From NCBI GenBank assembly GCA_963828125.1, contig CAWHDP010000001.1:352001-416000 (forward strand): a stretch of 64,000 nucleotides of DNA. Reading direction: 5' to 3'. A model generated the notes under the pieces. It saw nothing but the letters and a program-made list of their open reading frames with translations. It did no database searches and was not told the origin of the DNA. Positions 17,775 to 28,904 of the stretch are shown in pieces (position 1 is the first letter of the stretch; the number at the start of each line of letters is the position of its first letter). A program made the position numbers and the translations under genes. The stretch comes from an uncultured Chlamydiae bacterium (GTDB lineage Bacteria > Chlamydiota > Chlamydiia > Chlamydiales > SM23-39).

Positions 17775-20468
17775 ATGGATATTGAACACTCAAGGCAGGG
17801 GGTTCCTGCCGAATTGAGCTTGTCGCCGGAGGGACGCGTCTATTTCAATCAGAATAGCCAGCCAGGCGAGCAGTTGCTTCCGGACGAATATACCAAAATC
17901 CAGGAGCTTTTTGCTCAAGATCCCGCTTGGGCTCTTCTGCATCTGGGACTTCGCGATTTCGGATCGTCCTTGCCCCCCAGTTTCTCATTCTGGCAGACCT
18001 TTTCACGGCAATTCATTACTCGTCTTTGCAGGCTTCAAAGTGCTGAAAATCAAGGAAGGATTGCTATCGATGAGCCAAAAAGCGCCGAACTTCAGGCGAT
18101 GGTGGACAGGGTGCCATTTATACGGGGCGCCAAATATCTTTCGGAAGAAGTACTTACTGCCATTTGGAGGCAGATGGAGACAGTTTTAGACCATGAACTG
18201 CGTGTTTTTTCTGGATCTTTACAAGACTACCTGGCGCAATTTAGCTCTCAATGGAATCAGGTAGGAAGAGTGTGTTTTCACCTGGCAGAAAATAAAAACA
18301 ACGAAGATAGACCCTTTGCCTTTTTGGCCACCTACACAGCGATGAGTAGTTATGGCGCAGTTACGCAGCATCTGCCTTTGAAAAGGGCGCTACAGGAATT
18401 TATGGAGGAAAAAGCGGCTCTTCTATCGCTTCTCATTCCAGTGCAGAAAGCAGCCGGTGCGAGTTCTTTTGTGAAGAACCTGGTCGATACAGGAACAATT
18501 TTTGAAGCGGTTGCATGGACAGCACAGGACGCTCACTCCTTTTTACGGAATATCCCCCTGATGGAGGCAAGCGGCATCGTAGTTCGCGTGCCGAATTGGT
18601 GGAACCCGCAAAAACCTCCGAGATTGAAGGCGGAAGTTCATCTCGGAGGGGCGTCTGCTTCAACGCTTGGTTTGGACAGTCTGCTCGAATTTGATATTCG
18701 GCTGACGCACGACGGGGAATCACTGACTGAAGAGGAGTGGGCCCTGATCAAACAGGGAGGGGGAAATTTCATTCAAATGAAAGGGCGGTGGGTAGAGATC
18801 GATCGAACCAGACTCGATTCGCTCCTGTCCCAATGGAACCACTTGAAAAAGATGCATCAGAGTGGTCTAACAATTGCGGAAGGACTCCGTCTTTTGGCCG
18901 GAATGAGTCCGCAGGAGGTCGGGAGCTCTGCTCTAGCAGATTCTTCTGCCGAATGGTTTCAAATAACGGCTGGCAGCAGGCTGAGAACCCTTTTAGAGCA
19001 GCTGAAAAATCCAAGAGAGTCGACGGAAGTGGAGGAAGCTCTGGGCAGGCGCCTTTGCGCGACTCTCCGCCCCTATCAGAAAAAGGGTGTCCATTGGCTC
19101 TGGATGTTGTATCGATTGCGCTTGGGAGGCTGTCTTGCAGACGATATGGGGTTGGGGAAAACCATCCAGGTGCTTTCCTTGCTGCTGGCGATCAAGGAAA
19201 CTGTCTCCACAGATAAGCCGCATCTTTTAGTGGTTCCTGCCTCGCTACTGGGGAACTGGCAGTCGGAAGCGGCCCGTTTTGCCCCAACATTAAAACTCTC
19301 GATCGCCCATAGTTCAGTGAGCCGAAGTGAAGACCAAAGTGAAGATAGAGCCGATCTGATTATCACAACCTATGGGTTTTTGCAGCGCGCCGAATGGTTG
19401 AAACAAACGGAGTGGAATCTGGTCATTTTGGACGAGGCGCAGGCAATCAAAAATCCCAATGCGAAACAGACTTTAGCGGTGAAAGGATTGAAGGCCGATG
19501 TCCGTTTGGCTCTTACAGGTACGCCTGTTGAAAATCGTATCGGCGATTTGTGGTCGCTTTTTGATTTTACCTCGCCGGGGCTTCTCGGCTCGGCCAAGGC
19601 TTTTGCCGACTACTCTAAACAGGAATGTTTTAACCTCGCATTGCGCAAGTTGACGCAGCCATACATTCTTAGGCGGCTGAAAAGCGATAAAAACATCATT
19701 GCCGATCTTCCCCAGAAAACGGAAATGAAGACCTATTGTCATTTAAGCAAGGCGCAAATTCGCCTCTACGCGCAGACAGTTGAGGAGTTGACAGGGTTGT
19801 TGGGACAAGCTGAAGGGATCAAACGGCGGGGGATTGTTTTATCTTTTTTAATGCGTTTTAAGCAGATCTGTAATCATCCTGCCCAATGTTTAGGGTTTGG
19901 CGAGTTTGACGAAGGGGGGAGTGGTAAATGGGTTCGCCTGCGGGAAATTTGTGAAGACATTGCAGACAGCCAAGAAAAGGTATTGGTTTTTACGCAGTTT
20001 AAAGAAATCATCCCCCCGCTTTTTTCATTTTTAAGCGGCTTATTTGGAAGAGAGGGGTTGATTCTTCATGGAGGGACTGCTGTCCCGAAGCGAGCAGCCC
20101 TGGTAGAGCAATTCCAACAGGATCTGGGGCCGCCTTTTTTTCTTCTTTCTCTGAAAGCGGGAGGAACGGGGCTCAACCTCACGAAAGCTTCCCACGTCAT
20201 TCACTTTGATCGCTGGTGGAATCCAGCTGTGGAAAACCAGGCGACTGATCGCGCCTACCGGATTGGACAGAAGCGCTCTGTATTGGTGCATCAATTTATT
20301 TGCCGCGGTACGATTGAAGAAAAAATCGATACTTTGATTGAGTCAAAAAAGAATTTATCAAAAGAATTGCTGGAAGGAGAGGGAGAGATTTCTCTTACCG
20401 AGTTGTCGAATGAACAGGTGCTGCAAATGGTCAGCCTCGACATCCAGCGTGCCATGGGAGAAAAGTAA
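17775..20468 (+). CDS. SNF2-family (SWI2/SNF2) helicase
   Basis: LADDMGLGKT, DEAQ, TGTP, KAGGTGLNL, WWNPAVENQATDRAYRIGQ; ATG 17775 preferred to track start 17538. Confidence 0.95.
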   Translation: MDIEHSRQGVPAELSLSPEGRVYFNQNSQPGEQLLPDEYTKIQELFAQDPAWALLHLGLRDFGSSLPPSFSFWQTFSRQFITRLCRLQSAENQGRIAIDEPKSAELQAMVDRVPFIRGAKYLSEEVLTAIWRQMETVLDHELRVFSGSLQDYLAQFSSQWNQVGRVCFHLAENKNNEDRPFAFLATYTAMSSYGAVTQHLPLKRALQEFMEEKAALLSLLIPVQKAAGASSFVKNLVDTGTIFEAVAWTAQDAHSFLRNIPLMEASGIVVRVPNWWNPQKPPRLKAEVHLGGASASTLGLDSLLEFDIRLTHDGESLTEEEWALIKQGGGNFIQMKGRWVEIDRTRLDSLLSQWNHLKKMHQSGLTIAEGLRLLAGMSPQEVGSSALADSSAEWFQITAGSRLRTLLEQLKNPRESTEVEEALGRRLCATLRPYQKKGVHWLWMLYRLRLGGCLADDMGLGKTIQVLSLLLAIKETVSTDKPHLLVVPASLLGNWQSEAARFAPTLKLSIAHSSVSRSEDQSEDRADLIITTYGFLQRAEWLKQTEWNLVILDEAQAIKNPNAKQTLAVKGLKADVRLALTGTPVENRIGDLWSLFDFTSPGLLGSAKAFADYSKQECFNLALRKLTQPYILRRLKSDKNIIADLPQKTEMKTYCHLSKAQIRLYAQTVEELTGLLGQAEGIKRRGIVLSFLMRFKQICNHPAQCLGFGEFDEGGSGKWVRLREICEDIADSQEKVLVFTQFKEIIPPLFSFLSGLFGREGLILHGGTAVPKRAALVEQFQQDLGPPFFLLSLKAGGTGLNLTKASHVIHFDRWWNPAVENQATDRAYRIGQKRSVLVHQFICRGTIEEKIDTLIESKKNLSKELLEGEGEISLTELSNEQVLQMVSLDIQRAMGEK

Positions 20469-21397
20469 TGGGATATTGGGCTCCATATGTGCCAGTTGCC
20501 AAAAAAAAGGCGCAGGCTGCCAAGCATGTAAAATCAATGAAGGCGAAAGGTAAAGTGCTTAATCCTATCGAGATCATTGGGCGTCAAATCGCGAATACTT
20601 TTTGGGGAAAAGCTTGGTGCGATCATTTAGAAAATTATAGCGATTATGAGAATCGCCTGCCACGAGGGAGAACCTATGTTCGCAATGGCGCTGTGATCGA
20701 TCTCCAAGTGTCCGTTGGGAAAATCCACGCAAAAGTGATGGGCTCTTATCTTTATGAGGTCGATATTGAAATTAAGCCAATGAGTTCTGCTAAATGGAAA
20801 AGCCTGGTCAAGGCATGCTCTGGAAAAATCGATTCTCTAGTCGAGCTGCTGCAGGGGAAATTTTCAAACGGCGTCATGGCGATGATCATTGATCAAAACA
20901 ATGGCCTGTTCCCCCGTCCCAATGAAATTGAGATGGAATGCACCTGTCCCGATGGAGTGGGGATGTGCAAACATACTGCTGCGGTCCTTTATGGCATTGG
21001 CGCATCTTTAGATCGCTCGCCGGAATATCTCTTCATGCTCCGGCACGTTGATCACCTTGAGTTGATTGTCCAGGCAAGCGCGAAAGGGATCATCGCTCCA
21101 TCTCGACCTAGTACAGATACTTTGGCAGAAAGCGACCTCTCGGCTCTATTCGGCATTGAGATGGCTGGAGCTGTAAAACCTCTCGTAGAAAAAAAGGTAT
21201 TCCCTCTTAAAAAACCAGTCCCTGAGGAGCGAATTGAGATTTCCATTCCGCAAGCAGCCGTACTTCTGAAAATTTCCGAACTGCGTCTGAAAAAACTCCT
21301 CGATGAAAAAATCATTGTCTGCCGCCAAGCAGGCAAGCAGCGTTGGATTGATTTTGAAGAAATCATTAGATATAGGAAAGCCCAAGAAAAAGTATGA
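20468..21397 (+). CDS. SWIM zinc-finger protein with C-terminal excisionase-like HTH
   Basis: NRLPRGRTYVRNG, CTCPD...CKH SWIM motif; C-terminal ISIPQAAVLLKIS...GKQRWI; overlaps SNF2 stop. Confidence 0.9.
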   Translation: MGYWAPYVPVAKKKAQAAKHVKSMKAKGKVLNPIEIIGRQIANTFWGKAWCDHLENYSDYENRLPRGRTYVRNGAVIDLQVSVGKIHAKVMGSYLYEVDIEIKPMSSAKWKSLVKACSGKIDSLVELLQGKFSNGVMAMIIDQNNGLFPRPNEIEMECTCPDGVGMCKHTAAVLYGIGASLDRSPEYLFMLRHVDHLELIVQASAKGIIAPSRPSTDTLAESDLSALFGIEMAGAVKPLVEKKVFPLKKPVPEERIEISIPQAAVLLKISELRLKKLLDEKIIVCRQAGKQRWIDFEEIIRYRKAQEKV

Positions 21398-22074
21398 GAT
21401 TCATCTTCTGTATGCTCGTTTTAAGTGCTTCTTTTTTGGCGGAGGCCCAAGAGGCGCAAAAACCATTGTCTGTTATTTTTCTGGATATAGATGGGGTATT
21501 GATTGGAGCTCGGGATTTGGATCCTCTTTCGACATGGATACGACAAAAATTGGTTGAATTGTTTGGCTTAAAAGAAGAGCCATATAGAGGATATACAGAA
21601 TTACAGTGGAGGATAGCAGCCAGTCATTTTCTGGATGAATGCGCTGTAAAAAATCTTGAAAAATTGATTCAGCGAGTGAACGATGTGTCATCGGTAGCCA
21701 TCGTTCTTTCATCGGCTTGGAGGTTAGATGGGACTGCTGACGAAATCAAGAATCAGATGTTCAGAGGAGCATCTTTTGCTCCGTTCATCATAGATAAGAC
21801 GCCAGATGAAGATTGGTGGAGAAGAAGAAACGGCGAAGAGGAACTGTCCCCAGACGCCTTAAAAAAATATGGATTTGCGCTCAGAACAAGGGGCTCGGAG
21901 ATCAATTACTGGCTCTTGGAGAATCGGGAGAAATGGAATATCCAAAACTTTGTCATTCTTGATGATGTTGATTATGGAATATCAGAGCGATACCCAGATC
22001 ATTTCGTGGAGGTCTGCTGGCTGCTCTCCGAGGCGGATGTTGAAAAAGCGTACGATATTTTGACTAGGCCTTGA
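21394..22074 (+). CDS. HAD-family (Swiss Army Knife RNA repair-like) phosphatase with signal peptide
   Basis: FLDIDGVL, VLSSAWR, RGSEI..WL, FVILDD; hydrophobic leader ending AEA. Confidence 0.85.
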   Translation: MRFIFCMLVLSASFLAEAQEAQKPLSVIFLDIDGVLIGARDLDPLSTWIRQKLVELFGLKEEPYRGYTELQWRIAASHFLDECAVKNLEKLIQRVNDVSSVAIVLSSAWRLDGTADEIKNQMFRGASFAPFIIDKTPDEDWWRRRNGEEELSPDALKKYGFALRTRGSEINYWLLENREKWNIQNFVILDDVDYGISERYPDHFVEVCWLLSEADVEKAYDILTRP

Positions 22075-23332
22075 ATTTGAATTTTGAGTGAATCAGTACT
22101 TGTTTGCCTTTGAAAGCAAAACCAAGGTATCTATAGAGATCGCCTACTTCGATATTGGGTATCCGTAAACGGCAATTAGCTCTTTGAGAAGGGGGTGCAT
22201 CGATCGTTACATACCCGCTATAGAGGAGTACAGACCAGATGGCATTAGGGCTTTTTTCCAGATCGGGGAATATGATTCCTTCTTCGATTGTTTTTTCAAC
22301 AACGCCTCCCCTAAGAAGCTCCTCAATATCGACCTTCAAATCATCGGTTCCTCTAGCTATCAGATGTTTCATGAGCGCATTATCGCTCGTATTCACCCAA
22401 TATGGAGATAAGACTCCCATTTCAGCAATGCATTTTAAAACAGACCAAGGATTATAAATCCCACCGCAGGATCCAATGCGATAGCCATCATACCACTGAC
22501 TTATTTCGGATAATTTGGAGTCAAGTCCATAATCTTCGAGAAGGATTTTTACCTCTGATTCAAGGAGTCCGAATTGGTTGCTAAATGGTTCGTTTAGGAT
22601 TGTGAAGGTACTGATGTTATTTGCTCCTGAAAAAATACTTTCTTTTGCAATCCGCAAAATCCCGGTAAGCACGCCTCGTTCCAGATGGATATTGTCTTTA
22701 AAGCCTTTGGACATCCAATTTCGTAGGATTTCGATGATCTGGTCGTAGTATTTCCAAATATAGGCAGCATGTGCTGGCGCATCATATTCATCAACCAGGA
22801 GAATGACTCGTTTTTTATGATAGCGGTGTAGCCATTCTGAAAGAAGAAGAAGGCTTTCTTCAAGTAAGAGTGGGTCGTTATCTTCAGAAAGAACCTTAGA
22901 AAATAGTTTCTTTTCCCGTTCCGTTAAAAGCTCTTTTTCCAGAAGATATCTATGATGCTCATATTCTTTTGCAACCAATTTGCGGAAAGCTCCAAGGGTC
23001 TTTTCTAACGAGGAGTGTTTTACATCTTTGAGCGAGATGGAAACAACAGGGAACTGTCCCTGCAGAGCTCTGTACTTCTCGTTTTTCCAAATATTTAGAT
23101 CTTTGAACAGGTAGCTTGTATCCTCTTCACTCTTCTCAAAGAAATAGCGCAACATTGAAAGGTTCAATGTTTTGCCAAAGCGGCGTGGGCGTGGAATGAG
23201 GGCGACTTCAGTTCCTTTCTCTACAATTTCCTGCACCAAGAGGGTTTTATCCACATAGGCGTAGCCCCCATCTCTCAGTTTTTTGAAATCGCTAATCCCG
23301 ATAGGGAGTGGTTTTTTCGTACTGTTTTTCAC
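22064..23332 (-). pseudogene. AAA-ATPase-like / PD-(D/E)XK nuclease family protein with internal deletion of the nuclease domain
   Basis: LPIGISDF, YVDKT, RPRRFGKT, DEYD, YNPWS, IPNIEV joined directly to the terminal GFAFKGK motif. Confidence 0.8.
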
Positions 23333-23404
23333 AAGATCTCCTATCAGAGAGGATACCTATTTTGGGGTAAAAGATGTAGAGAATTCAGGCTGATACGCCT
23401 ATCT

Positions 23405-23685
23405 CCGGTCATTAAACCTTAGCGCAGTGGACCAGATACTGTTCGTCGCTGACGGGGCCCACTGGATATGGGACTCGGTGCAACTCGCCAGGAAAATGCT
23501 CGACATGGGTGGCGTACGCTGTAAAATCCTGGAGTTAATCGATTTTTACCATGCGGTGCAGCATTTGCATGCGTTCGCGGAACTGAAGCGCCAATGGTCC
23601 AGAAGAAAGCGGAAGCAATGGATATCGCGGCAGAAACACCTGCTCAAGAACGGTGGGACCACTCAAGTGATCGAGAATTTACAAA
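23405..23685 (+). mobile_element. ISKra4-like (UPF0236-type) transposase internal fragment
   Basis: FVADGAHWIW, IDFYHA; close paralogue of 50616-51200. Confidence 0.8.
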
Positions 23686-24165
23686 ATGAGTTAGTTTGTC
23701 GAAACGTATCCCCTGAATTGCAGAGTGTTTTTCCATCAATTGCAATGACTCCCTCGACCGTTGCCGCAATTGTACGAATCCAGTGCATGAAACATTCGTG
23801 AAAACTCTTTGGGTCAAGGAGTCGAAATACCCTATTGAGAGTGTCGTGGGAAGGAACTCCATTCAAACACAATCCAACAGAAGCAAGCCAGTCCCGTCGA
23901 AAGTAGGCCCATCTGTAAACAGAGACAAAGTCATTCGCATCAGCAATAATTCCCATGATGGTGATGGCAACTATATCGATCAGAGGGTAACTTTGGTTTC
24001 GTTTTTTGCGGGGATCGGGAAGCTCTCCGAAGGCGAGAAGAAGAGGGGCATTTGCCGGTAATGAAAAACTCATGTGTATCTCCAGGTTATAAAAAACCCG
24101 TAAAGTACACACTTATAAAGAATTTCTTGTCAAAAAGATTCAAAATTTTTCATGCCATTTCCCTG
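23686..24165 (-). mobile_element. ISAs1-family element, left end and transposase N-terminal fragment
   Basis: CAGGG terminus at 24165 on minus strand; LPDPR, GVPSHDT, IAIDGKT. Confidence 0.85.
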
Positions 24166-24305
24166 ATAGGAGCAAACATGGAACAAAAGGAAAGCCTTTC
24201 ATTTTATGCTTCTAGCTTTTTCAATCCAAGCAAAATGGAAGATTTTTCACTTCGAAATGAGCAAATGCATCTGCGATCATACGATTGCATCACAACAAAA
24301 ATCAG

Positions 24306-25376
24306 TTAGGTCTTTTTGGTGATTTTGTGGCATTGAGGACATCCGACTGGGCTACGGTCGAGAGCCATGAGCTGGAAGGTAGGTGTTTGACATTTGAGAC
24401 AGGGCAAGGGTTCTGTTCGATGGGTTTTAGGGTCCCATACGATTTCAATCGGAATACGGGCGCCTTGATGAATAAGGGTAATCGGGGTCGCGATTTGAAG
24501 CTGTTCGATCCAGAGGACATTGACCAGGCGGATCTCCGTTTGCAGGGAGTTCTTTTTTTGCAAATCAGCAATTCGTGCCTTCTCCTCCAAGTCGATTGTT
24601 TGCAACTGTTGGGAAAAACGAGAAAAATCTTCGCCCTTGACTTTTGCTTTTTCTTGACGAGTTAGCAGCTCTTCTCTGAGTTCGCTAAAATATCCTTTTA
24701 GCCTTTGTGATTCTTTAGCAAAAGTAGTTTGCAGCTTTTGTTTTAGCATGGCTGTTCCGGCCTTGGCCTTTCCTGAGCACTCATTCCAAGCGATCATATA
24801 GCCCTCTTCTCGAGAGATAGAACTGGCATCGGGGTAGGGGAGGGGACGACAATAGGTGGTCTCTGAAGTATCCAGGAGAGATTCAAGGTGACGCGCTATT
24901 CTTCCAAAATGAAGATCGATGCCAACGGAGAGGAGTGTTTGCTGTTTTTCATCGCTTAAGTAAGTGATTTGAAAATGAAATAAAGCTTTCGAGAAATAAA
25001 GAGGGCGGGGAGTTCCAAAAGATAAGGTCAAATTAGGCGTAAGAATCAACGCCTGTCTGATTGAGGCTTCCAGGTTTTGAGGGGACCAGTTAGATTCCGA
25101 TAAGAAAATACGAGAGGATCTTCCGGCATCGACTGATTTTTGGAAGAGCTCATCGAGAGCAGGATCTCCCAGGGCCAAAAGCCGCGAGCCGGGATGTTCG
25201 GGGATAGCTTCCGGATCAAAACAGAAGCGAGTGAAATCTGCCTTTTTCCCATGGGCCAGAATTTTGCTTAATTCGCTGGGCAAAAGAGCGTCATAGACCT
25301 TGGATTCGACCTCTTCCCAAGGCACATCTTCAGCGTTGAAATAGGAGAGGAGAAATGATTCAAGAGGATGGGTCAT
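24306..25376 (-). CDS. YqhG-like protein with coiled coil and C-terminal zinc ribbon
   Basis: YLSDEKQQ.L.S.GIDL, E..RL.GYF, CLKC...CPQC; coupled to upstream SNF2 gene. Confidence 0.7.
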   Translation of the reverse strand: MTHPLESFLLSYFNAEDVPWEEVESKVYDALLPSELSKILAHGKKADFTRFCFDPEAIPEHPGSRLLALGDPALDELFQKSVDAGRSSRIFLSESNWSPQNLEASIRQALILTPNLTLSFGTPRPLYFSKALFHFQITYLSDEKQQTLLSVGIDLHFGRIARHLESLLDTSETTYCRPLPYPDASSISREEGYMIAWNECSGKAKAGTAMLKQKLQTTFAKESQRLKGYFSELREELLTRQEKAKVKGEDFSRFSQQLQTIDLEEKARIADLQKKNSLQTEIRLVNVLWIEQLQIATPITLIHQGARIPIEIVWDPKTHRTEPLPCLKCQTPTFQLMALDRSPVGCPQCHKITKKT

Positions 25377-27469
25377 TCAGACACCGTAAATTTAGATCCA
25401 AAAAGCTCCTCTTCGTACTCTTGGCCTTTCAAATAGGTCTTTTTGGCATCGACAAGCTGCGATCCAAAGTCATCCATTTTATCGTGAAATTCTTCAGAAG
25501 TTTCCGTGTTTTGCCAGAGTTCAAGAATTTGATCTTCAAAGTCTTTTTCCTCTTCCATCTGGCCGAGAATCATATCCATTTCTCCCATGACCAGTTCGAA
25601 GAGGTTGATTTTTGCCTCTAGCAGATGAAGAATTTCCTCTTCGACAGTTCCTGCCGTGACAAAATTCAAGATGTGGACATCTCTTTTTTGACCAATACGG
25701 CTTAGACGACCGATTCTTTGCTCGATTCGCATGGGATTCCAGGGAAGATCGAAATTGCATAAAATATTGCAAAATTGTAAGTTTCTTCCTTCGCTTCCTG
25801 CGTCGGTGGAGAGCAGAATTTGTTTTTCTTCCCGGAAGACTTGAATTGCATGTTCTTTTTCCAGGCGGGATAATCCTCCATGGAATACGGCTGTACGAAC
25901 GCCCGCTTCTTCCAGTGCTTTATGTAATACTTCCTGAGTAGCACGAAATTGAGTAAAGACGACGGCTTTATCGCTCAGGCTTTTTGCCCATTCAACAAAT
26001 GCTTTCGTCTTTGCACAAGAGGGAAGGTTTTTAGCGGCTAGAGCAAAGGGAGCAAATGCTTTTTTCCCCCCCGTCTCGATAGTCTTGGTGAAAGCCATGG
26101 GCGTGCTACCCAATAGGCGTTGCAAAGAGAGAATCCCCATGCCGGTGGCATCTTCCAGGTTGGCGCCTTTTTGAAGTTGCTTTTTTGCAAATGCAGTGAA
26201 TTCTTGGTAAAAAGCAGACTCTTCTTGAGAAGGGGTGATGCGAACAGTCTTTGCAAATCTCTTGGTGAATTGGATTCCTATGGAGGATCTCCGGTTTCTG
26301 ATCATTGCCTCTTCTACAAGGCCATGGAGCTGGCCGATGTTTTTAGCTTTGAACTTATCCTTTGAATCCATGAATCGTTTTTTGAAGTTGGAATGGGTGC
26401 TAAGCAGGCCGGGTTTGAGCAGCGTAATGAGATTATAGAGATCTTCCAATCCATTTTGAATGGGAGTCGCCGTTAAAAGCAAGATGTACTTTTTCTGCAG
26501 AGCGCCCACGAATTTCCACAGTAAAGTCGAGCGGTTGCGTAGGTGATGGGCTTCATCCACAATGACCAGATCCCAATTCCTGGCTTCAATGAGGGATCGA
26601 TGTGGATCGCGTTTGGCTGTGTGATACGAGGCAACGATTAAATCAAATTCCTGCCAAGGATTCTTTTTTTCGAGGAAAGCTGCGTCGAAAGAGGCGGTAA
26701 AGTCTAGTCCGAATTTTCGCTGCATTTCTCCCTTCCACTGCGCCGTAAGAGCAGGGGGTGTGAGGATCAAAATATTTTGGCAAAGCTTCCTTAAATGAAG
26801 CTCAAGAGTAATAAGACCTGCCTCAATCGTTTTGCCCAGGCCCACTTCATCGCAAAGAAGCGCCTTTCCTCTAAATCGGTTCAGGACAGTTCGAGCTGTT
26901 TTAAGTTGGTGGTCATAGGGCTCCACCTCCTTCAAAAAAGGGAGGCTGATTAAGTTGTCAAATCCAGCAATCGTTAAGAACTGAGCCGCCTGTTTTGCTA
27001 GTTGAAACTTTTCCCATGAAGCCGAGGGGGCGTTCAAGATTTCGAAATCTTTCGGAAGAGGCTGTAATTCGCTATCTATTGGGGCAGTGGATCGAATCTG
27101 CGTTTCTTGAAGGTTGACCAAACGAAAGATCAGAGGAAACTCTTGTGTCAATTCCAGTGTATGGCAAGGCGGCAAGATTGTCTTTTTTGCAAATACAAAA
27201 GAGGGGCTATCCGCATCGAAACGGGCCTCGATCTTCTTTCCATCGGGACTTTCGATGTGGAGAAGTGCATCGGGTTCTAAGATTACAGTCCATGAGCTGT
27301 CTAACAGCAGCCGATCAGGTCTAATCGAACCTGAGGGAAGAGTCCAACGATCTCCGCAGCGAGCAAAGGGGTGCAAAAGAAGCCTCCTCCAAAAAACATA
27401 AGACAAGAGTTTATTCCGAAAAAGATACTTATGCAAGAGCTGCATGAGGATCGACTTGAAAAGCAACAA
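25373..27469 (-). CDS. SNF2-family helicase (YqhH-like)
   Basis: LCDEVGLGKTIEAG, DEAHH, TATP, GSEGRNLQFC, PWNPMRIEQRIGR; start uncertain. Confidence 0.92.
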   Translation of the reverse strand: MLLFKSILMQLLHKYLFRNKLLSYVFWRRLLLHPFARCGDRWTLPSGSIRPDRLLLDSSWTVILEPDALLHIESPDGKKIEARFDADSPSFVFAKKTILPPCHTLELTQEFPLIFRLVNLQETQIRSTAPIDSELQPLPKDFEILNAPSASWEKFQLAKQAAQFLTIAGFDNLISLPFLKEVEPYDHQLKTARTVLNRFRGKALLCDEVGLGKTIEAGLITLELHLRKLCQNILILTPPALTAQWKGEMQRKFGLDFTASFDAAFLEKKNPWQEFDLIVASYHTAKRDPHRSLIEARNWDLVIVDEAHHLRNRSTLLWKFVGALQKKYILLLTATPIQNGLEDLYNLITLLKPGLLSTHSNFKKRFMDSKDKFKAKNIGQLHGLVEEAMIRNRRSSIGIQFTKRFAKTVRITPSQEESAFYQEFTAFAKKQLQKGANLEDATGMGILSLQRLLGSTPMAFTKTIETGGKKAFAPFALAAKNLPSCAKTKAFVEWAKSLSDKAVVFTQFRATQEVLHKALEEAGVRTAVFHGGLSRLEKEHAIQVFREEKQILLSTDAGSEGRNLQFCNILCNFDLPWNPMRIEQRIGRLSRIGQKRDVHILNFVTAGTVEEEILHLLEAKINLFELVMGEMDMILGQMEEEKDFEDQILELWQNTETSEEFHDKMDDFGSQLVDAKKTYLKGQEYEEELFGSKFTVSE

Positions 27470-27652
27470 ACCTAGAAATTTTTGACTTCTGGTATTTTTT
27501 AGGTTCGATGACTGCAGAAGTGCACAACTGCGTATTTTGCATTAACCAATGATTAACAGCAGAAATCAGATCTTGAAGAAGTTTTGGAGGTTGACGTGCT
27601 GCTTTCTAAAGTTAAAGCTCTGAGCAAGCAAGAATGTGCCAAACTTTTTAAA

Positions 27653-27946
27653 CTACTCAGTAGCCAAGATGACATGCACTAATAGGGCTAAGGCAAAAAA
27701 GAAGATGGGTATACCCCAACACAAGCGGGTGATACTATAATAGGTCTTTGAATAACTGAACCACATCAAAAAAAAGCTTAGTGGCATTGCAAAAATGGGC
27801 AATAGATCAATGAAACCAAGCAGTTTATTCTTGAAGGTCGCATTGATTGAATTAGCTCCGACAAATGGAGCAAAGAAAAAAAACAAAAACGGAAAAAGAA
27901 ATAAATAGGTAAGCCCCCAAACGATCCAATTGGCAATCAATCGCAT
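27653..27946 (-). CDS. Small membrane protein
   Basis: 97-aa ORF with three hydrophobic helices. Confidence 0.55.
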   Translation of the reverse strand: MRLIANWIVWGLTYLFLFPFLFFFFAPFVGANSINATFKNKLLGFIDLLPIFAMPLSFFLMWFSYSKTYYSITRLCWGIPIFFFALALLVHVILATE

Positions 27947-28459
27947 TAACTAACAGCAGACAGTTTAGCGGCTTATGAGATTTCGATCTACTGTGATCTT
28001 GAGCGATCTGCTGTGGTCTTTGGGGCTTTAGTGGTCATCCAATGGTCATTTGAGGATTTGGGACTTGAGGCCGAACATAGAAGAGCTTGAACGCTCACTG
28101 CTTCCATGTTCATTGCGATCTTTGGGTTTCCTATCGTTTAAATCGACCCAGAAGAGCAACCCCGAAGAACCCCGAAGCGAAAAATTTCGGGGTTGGTTTT
28201 CAGGGTTCAACCTTAGGTAAAATAAAGACTTTAAGAGGATCAAAAGGACCTTTGGAGAGTTCGACTAACAGCCCCTCAATCCATAGGAGGATATCTGTGT
28301 TTTTGTGCTTTTTCTTGGTTTTTTGAATTTAACATACAAAAAATAAGCATGTTATAAGAACGCAAACCTTGTGTTGCATTGTGTTCTTTGTGTTTTAAAA
28401 ATCAAGCAATCGCCCTAGAAGAATTGATTCGTATACGCTATAATCGTTTTGGGCTTGAT

Positions 28460-28720
28460 ATGATCGATCAAAATAAAGAAAAAATTTTCATTCGCTTAGC
28501 TTCCAAGGATGACTTTTCTGCGATTCAGACTCTCATGAAGGAGTCTATGCAGGTCTTGGGACAGGGCCATTACTCTACGCAACAAATTCAATCTTGTTGT
28601 CAATACGTATGTGTTCCAGATCTTCGGCTCATTGAAGATCAAACATTCTTTGTAGTCACTACTGGCCCTGAGAAAACAATTGTTGGCTGCGGGGGCTGGA
28701 GTTTCCGAAAAACCCTTTAA
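28460..28720 (+). pseudogene. GNAT acetyltransferase N-terminal fragment
   Basis: IRLASKDD, D.RLIEDQTFFVV, VGCGGWSFRKTL then stop just before the IS66-like end. Confidence 0.7.
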
Positions 28721-28904
28721 TGAAAAGGTAAATAGATGGCAACTGCTCATAAAACTGAGGTAATCACCCCGAAGCGGGGCCCCGATTACCTCGATTTCAT
28801 GGGCACTGTTTTTCACCGTCTAATCTGTGTTCGTTGAATAAAAAATTTAGGTGATTGTTTTCTAAACATTTGCTATTGTATCCAGCCATACAAGGCATGC
28901 ACAA

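Noticed and set aside
28046..28326. Short ORFs on both strands
   Set aside because: No motif, RBS or coding pattern recognisable
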